Part shown: positions 19,634 to 23,749 of the stretch, piece by piece
Layout: every line of letters begins with the position of its first letter
How positions within the stretch are numbered: position 1 is the first letter of the stretch
From: Armatimonadota bacterium
Lineage (GTDB): Bacteria > Sysuimicrobiota > Sysuimicrobiia > Sysuimicrobiales > Kaftiobacteriaceae
Reading direction: 5' to 3'
DNA length: 23,749 bases
NCBI GenBank assembly: GCA_037440005.1
Contig: JBBIUY010000024.1
Coordinates: 21,530-45,278 of the forward strand
The notes under the pieces: generated by a model
What the model was told of the DNA's origin: nothing
The model's database searches: none
What the model saw: the letters and a program-made list of their open reading frames with translations, nothing else
Translations under genes and position numbers: made by a program

Positions 19634-20833
19634 CTACCGGCCGGCCACGGTCAGCACCAACCCCGTCACCAGCAGGTTGGCCAGGCCCACCGGGATCAGC
19701 ACCTTCCACGACAGCGCCAGCAGCTGGTCCAGCCGCAGCCGCGGGTACGTCCACCGCATCCACATCAGAAAGAACACCAGGGCGAACAGCTTGATGGCGA
19801 ACCACGCCACCGACGGCAGGACCGGCGTCCGTCCCGCGCCCACCCCCCACGCCATCACCGCCGCCAGGGCCGCGCCCAACAGCGACAGGATCAGCAGGGG
19901 TCGCACCACCAGGTTGCGGGCCCGCCCGGTGGCCACGATCACCACCGCCACCGCCAGGGCCGCCAGGGCCACGCCGACCCACATCCACGGCTGCAGGCGC
20001 GGCTCGGCCCACCCGCCGAAAAACAGGACCGAGGCCAGCGCGGCCATGGCGAACATCTCCCCGTACTCGCCCAGCTGGAACAGGGCGAACCGCATCCCGG
20101 TGTACTCGGCGAAGTAGCCGGCGATCAGCTCCGACTCGGCCTCGGGCAGGTCGAAGGGCACCCGGTTGACCTCGGCGGTGGCCGCCGCCAGGAAGGTCAG
20201 GGCGGCCAACAGGCCCAGGGGAGCGCCCCACCAGCCCACCGGGTCGGGCAGGCGGACCAGGAACCACCCGCCCTGCCGCACCTGAGCCTCCACGATGCCC
20301 ACCGTGGAGAGGGTGCCGGCCGCCAGGGCCACCCAGATGATGCCCAGGGCCAGGGGGATCTCGTAACTGACCATCTGGGAGGCCGACCGCAGGGCCCCCA
20401 GCAGGGCGTACTTGTTGTTGCTGGCCCACCCGCCCGAGAGGATGCCGAGCACGGTCAGGGAGGCCATGGCGGCGAAGTAGAGGACGCCGATGTTCAGGTC
20501 CCGCACCACCAGCACCCGGTCGCCCAGGGTGCCGAAGGGGATCACCACCCAGTCCAGCAGGGCCGCCACCGCCACCACCACGGGGGCCGCGTTGAAGATG
20601 AGGACGTCGGCGTGACGGGGCGTGATGTGTTCCTTCTGCAGGAGCTTGACGGTGTCGGCCACCGTCTGCAGCAGGCCCTGGGGACCCACGTGCTTGGGGC
20701 CCAGCCGCGCCTGGATCCAGCCGCTGATCTTGCGCTCCAGGTAGACCCCCAGCATGGCCCCCACCACGGCCAGGAAGGTGAAGACCGCCACCGTCAGGCC
20801 GACCGCCTTCAGCGCCTCGATCACCCACGCCAT
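19634..20833 (-). CDS. nuoH: NADH-quinone oxidoreductase subunit H, with extra hydrophobic insertion
   Basis: ERK...IQARLGP..VGP.GLLQ..AD..KL..KE, GWASNNKY, SYE, NRVPFDLPEAESEL, PRLRLDQL. Confidence 0.96.
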   Translation of the reverse strand: MAWVIEALKAVGLTVAVFTFLAVVGAMLGVYLERKISGWIQARLGPKHVGPQGLLQTVADTVKLLQKEHITPRHADVLIFNAAPVVVAVAALLDWVVIPFGTLGDRVLVVRDLNIGVLYFAAMASLTVLGILSGGWASNNKYALLGALRSASQMVSYEIPLALGIIWVALAAGTLSTVGIVEAQVRQGGWFLVRLPDPVGWWGAPLGLLAALTFLAAATAEVNRVPFDLPEAESELIAGYFAEYTGMRFALFQLGEYGEMFAMAALASVLFFGGWAEPRLQPWMWVGVALAALAVAVVIVATGRARNLVVRPLLILSLLGAALAAVMAWGVGAGRTPVLPSVAWFAIKLFALVFFLMWMRWTYPRLRLDQLLALSWKVLIPVGLANLLVTGLVLTVAGR

Positions 20834-20921
20834 GGATCAGTCCTCCGGGCGGCGGACGGGCGCCGTCTGGCGGCGGGCGCGACTGCCGGGACGGGCGGGA
20901 GGGCATCCGCCCGGCCCCGCC

Positions 20922-21287
20922 CTAGACCCACTCCAGGGCTCCTTTGCGCCAGGCGTAGGCCAGGCCCACGATCAGGATGAGCAGGAACAGCAGCATCTCC
21001 ACGAACGCCAGGGCGCCCAGCTGGCGGAACACCACCGCCCACGGATACAGGTAGATGACCTCCACGTCGAAGATGACGAACACCAGAGCGAACAGGTAGT
21101 AGCGGACGTTGAACTGGGCCCAGGCCTGGCCGAAGGGGACGACGCCCGACTCGTAGGTCAGGGTCTTCTGGGGGAGGTCCGCCCGCGGCGCCAGCAGCCA
21201 CACCACCACCAGGGGTAGGGCGGCCATCACGGCCCCCGCCACCGCAAACACCGCCACGTACAGCCAGTCCACTAAGACCTTGGGCAT
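20922..21287 (-). CDS. nuoA: NADH-quinone oxidoreductase subunit A
   Basis: K...[35 protein letters not shown]. Confidence 0.96.
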   Translation of the reverse strand: MPKVLVDWLYVAVFAVAGAVMAALPLVVVWLLAPRADLPQKTLTYESGVVPFGQAWAQFNVRYYLFALVFVIFDVEVIYLYPWAVVFRQLGALAFVEMLLFLLILIVGLAYAWRKGALEWV

Positions 21288-21398
21288 CGTCGGACGACCC
21301 GCTGGACCCGCTCGGCCGCCGCGCGGGCGGCAGGCACACCGGCACTACTGATTCGCGCGCCCGACGGACGACCCCTGCCGCGCCCTGTCGGTTCTCCG

Positions 21399-22730
21399 TC
21401 AGCCGTGGGCCGTCGCCGTCTCGCCCGCCACGGATTCCAGCACGCGCATCAGCACCCGCGCCAGGCGTGCCGGGTCGTGGCGCAGCACGTCCTCCTCGCT
21501 GAGCAGGGCGTCCGCCACCGGCGTCACGCCCAGGGCGGCCACCCGGTCCAGATCGGGCTCCACCGGCGCGGCCCCCTCGGCTTCGTACCGGGCCAGCAGG
21601 GCCGGGGTGCGGGGGCGCTGGGTGTTCACCACCACGTGGGTGACCAGCCCGGGGCCGACCTGCTCGACCAGGGCGCGCACGTGGTCGCTGGCCGCGTAGC
21701 CGTCGGTCTCCCCGGGCTGGGTCATGACGTTGCACACGTACACCCGCACGGCCCGGCTGCGCCGGACGGCGTCGGCCACGCCCCGCACCAGCAGGTTGGG
21801 GATGACGCTGGTGTACAGGCTGCCCGGGCCCAGCACGATCAGGTCCGCCCCGGCCAGGGCCTCCAGGACCTCGGGCGCCGGAGCCACGTCCGTCGGCCGC
21901 AGGCCCACCCGGCGGATGCGCTTGCGGGCCCGGGTGATCTGCGACTCGCCCTCGACGGTGGTGCCGTCGGTGAACTCGGCCCACAGGACCACGTCCTGGA
22001 CCGCCGACGGCAGTACCCGGCCGCGGATGTTGAGGACCTTGCTGGTCTCCCGGATGGCGGTCTCCAGGTCGCCGGTCACGCCGGCGAGGCTGGCGATGAA
22101 CAGGTTGCCGAAGACATGGCCGTCCAGCGCCCCGCCCTGGAACCGGTACTCGAACAGGCGGGTCATCAGCGGCTCCGATTCGGCCAGGGCCACCAGGCAG
22201 TCCCGGATGTCGCCGGGGGGCAGGATGCCCAGTTCCCTCCGCAGGCGCCCCGAGCTGCCGCCGTCGTCGCACACGGTGACCACGGCGGTCAGGTTGTCGG
22301 TGTGCGCCTTCAGGCCCCGCAGCAGGGTGGACAGCCCCGTCCCCCCGCCGATGACCACCACGTGGGGCCCCCGGCGGCGCTGGCGCTGCCGGGCCAGGAC
22401 GTCCACCAGGGGGCGGCCGCCGGCGGGCATCAGGGCGTCGGCCACCGACCGCACCGTCCCGCGCAACCCGGCGAACACCGCAGCCACGCCGCCGGCCAGC
22501 AGCAGGACGGACACGGCGGTGGCCGACAGGCGTCCCCCGGTGACCGCCAGCACCCCCACGGCCGCCCGGAAGACCAGGGACTCCAGCCAGCCCAGGGGCT
22601 GGACGTTGACGATGAGCATCGTCCCCGCCGACAGGGCGAGGATGCCGGCGGCCATCAGGGCCACGTAGCGCTTGACGCCCAGCCCCGGCGCCAGCCAGCG
22701 CAGCCAGCCCGGGGGCGCGGGGCGGCCCAC
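21399..22730 (-). CDS. yvcK: YvcK/GlmR (CofD-like, UPF0052) UDP-GlcNAc-binding protein with N-terminal membrane segments
   Basis: IGGGTGLSTLLRGLK, DDGGSSG.LR, PPGDIR.CL.AL, GH..GNL, GPGSLYTS..PNL, NVMTQPGET, RHD...LA. Directly downstream of rapZ. Confidence 0.94.
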   Translation of the reverse strand: MGRPAPPGWLRWLAPGLGVKRYVALMAAGILALSAGTMLIVNVQPLGWLESLVFRAAVGVLAVTGGRLSATAVSVLLLAGGVAAVFAGLRGTVRSVADALMPAGGRPLVDVLARQRQRRRGPHVVVIGGGTGLSTLLRGLKAHTDNLTAVVTVCDDGGSSGRLRRELGILPPGDIRDCLVALAESEPLMTRLFEYRFQGGALDGHVFGNLFIASLAGVTGDLETAIRETSKVLNIRGRVLPSAVQDVVLWAEFTDGTTVEGESQITRARKRIRRVGLRPTDVAPAPEVLEALAGADLIVLGPGSLYTSVIPNLLVRGVADAVRRSRAVRVYVCNVMTQPGETDGYAASDHVRALVEQVGPGLVTHVVVNTQRPRTPALLARYEAEGAAPVEPDLDRVAALGVTPVADALLSEEDVLRHDPARLARVLMRVLESVAGETATAHG

Positions 22731-22732
22731 GG

Positions 22733-23638
22733 CTACTCCTTGCCCACGTCCCGGTGGCGCACCGCCACCCGGTAGCCCCGCCCGCTCAGGTGCGCGGCCA
22801 GCTCATCGGCCAGGACCACCGACCGGTGCTTGCCCCCGGTGCAGCCCAGCGCCACGGTGAGGTGGGCTTTGCCCTCGGCCACGAACTGGGGCAGCAGGTA
22901 GTCCAGCAGGTCCCGCAGGCGGCGGAAGAACTCCTGGGTGGCCAAGGCGCCCAGGACGAACTCCCGCACCGCGGGGCTGTGGCCGGCCAGGGGACGCAGG
23001 GCCTCGTCGTAGTGGGGATTGGGCAAGAAGCGCACGTCCAGCACCATGTCGGCGTCCAGGGGGATGCCGTACTTGTACCCGAAGGACAGCACGGTGACCG
23101 ACAGGGTGCCGGGCTGCACGCCCCGGAGGAAGGTCTGCACGATGGTGTCCCGCAGCTCCCGGACCGTCAGGGTGGAGGTGTCCAGGATCCAGTCGGCCCT
23201 CTCCTTGACGGCCTCCAGCCGCCGGCGCTCCTCGCGGATGCCCTCCAGCACGCCTCCGGCCTGCGCCAGGGGGTGCTTGCGGCGGGTCTCCTCGTAGCGG
23301 CGGACCAGGACGTCGTCCGAGGCGTCCAGGAACAGGATGCGCGCCGGCAGTCCGTAAGCGGCCAGCTGGTCGAGGGCGGAGAAGAAGTCGTTGAAGAACT
23401 CCCCCCCGCGCACGTCGATGGCCACGGCCACGTGGTGGATGCGATCCGACTGCAGGCACAGCTCGGCGAATTTGGGCAGCAGGGCCGGGGGCAGGTTGTC
23501 CACGCAGAAGTAGCCCAGGTCCTCGAACACCTTCATGGCGTTCGACTTCCCGGCGCCGGACAGCCCGGTGATGACCACAAACTGCACACCGCCCTCCGGC
23601 TGCACCCCCGGCCGGTGCAGGGCCGCAGGCTGCGCCAT
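22733..23638 (-). CDS. rapZ: RNase adapter RapZ / YvcJ P-loop nucleotide-binding protein
   Basis: TGLSGAGKS, GYFCVDNLPP, SFGYKYGIP, DVRFLPNP, GCTGGKHRSV, HRD. Start ATG 23638 (GGAGG); GTG 23587 is an alternative. Confidence 0.95.
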   Translation of the reverse strand: MAQPAALHRPGVQPEGGVQFVVITGLSGAGKSNAMKVFEDLGYFCVDNLPPALLPKFAELCLQSDRIHHVAVAIDVRGGEFFNDFFSALDQLAAYGLPARILFLDASDDVLVRRYEETRRKHPLAQAGGVLEGIREERRRLEAVKERADWILDTSTLTVRELRDTIVQTFLRGVQPGTLSVTVLSFGYKYGIPLDADMVLDVRFLPNPHYDEALRPLAGHSPAVREFVLGALATQEFFRRLRDLLDYLLPQFVAEGKAHLTVALGCTGGKHRSVVLADELAAHLSGRGYRVAVRHRDVGKE

Positions 23639-23691
23639 CGGACCTCCCTCCACCCGGGGCCGGCTCCGCGCGCCGGCCGCCCGCGGGGTCC

Positions 23692-23700
23692 AGTGTACCA
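23692..23700 (-). promoter_or_regulatory. Putative extended -10 promoter for rapZ-yvcK
   Basis: TGgTACACT about 55 nt upstream of ATG 23638. Shares the context CGCGTGGTA with the putative secG promoter. No clear -35. Confidence 0.5.
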
Positions 23701-23749
23701 CGCGCCCCGTCCGTCCTGCCGGACCGCCCGACCGGGACCCCTTCTAGCG

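Noticed and set aside
21291..21374. 10-bp direct repeat CGGACGACCC (21291-21300 and 21365-21374) upstream of nuoA as an operator
   Set aside because: Short and GC-rich, so plausible by chance. No convincing promoter or Rex-type palindrome was found nearby.
22450..22730. Membrane-anchoring N-terminus of YvcK as a novelty
   Set aside because: The WL.PG..VKR start with hydrophobic helices is a known long form of YvcK in several phyla.

Overview
Very GC-rich bacterial chromosomal window, probably from a Terrabacteria-type lineage (inferred from gene content and order, not proven). Every credible gene is on the minus strand. In transcription order (right to left): rapZ, yvcK, a complex I cluster containing only membrane-arm genes (nuoA-H-J-K-L-M-N), a complete nine-gene V/A-type ATP synthase operon (G-I-K-E-C-F-A-B-D, the Thermus order), a DUF881 gene, sbp, gap, pgk, tpiA and secG. 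Bases 1-321 are a hairpin-rich non-coding region with a tRNA-Leu-like 3' end, an inverted copy of it and a 55-bp direct repeat. The most unusual element is the nuo block. It lacks nuoB/C/D/I/E/F/G, with no room for them or remnants of them. Its NuoL transverse helix is lengthened by a 26-residue tandem duplication, the signature of '2M' complexes that hold an extra NuoM, yet only one nuoM is present. Its NuoH carries two extra predicted membrane helices. This may be a stand-alone or exchangeable proton-pumping membrane arm encoded next to the ATP synthase. No CRISPR array, transposase, integrase or complete RNA gene was seen. All homology statements come from recognised motifs, not from searches.
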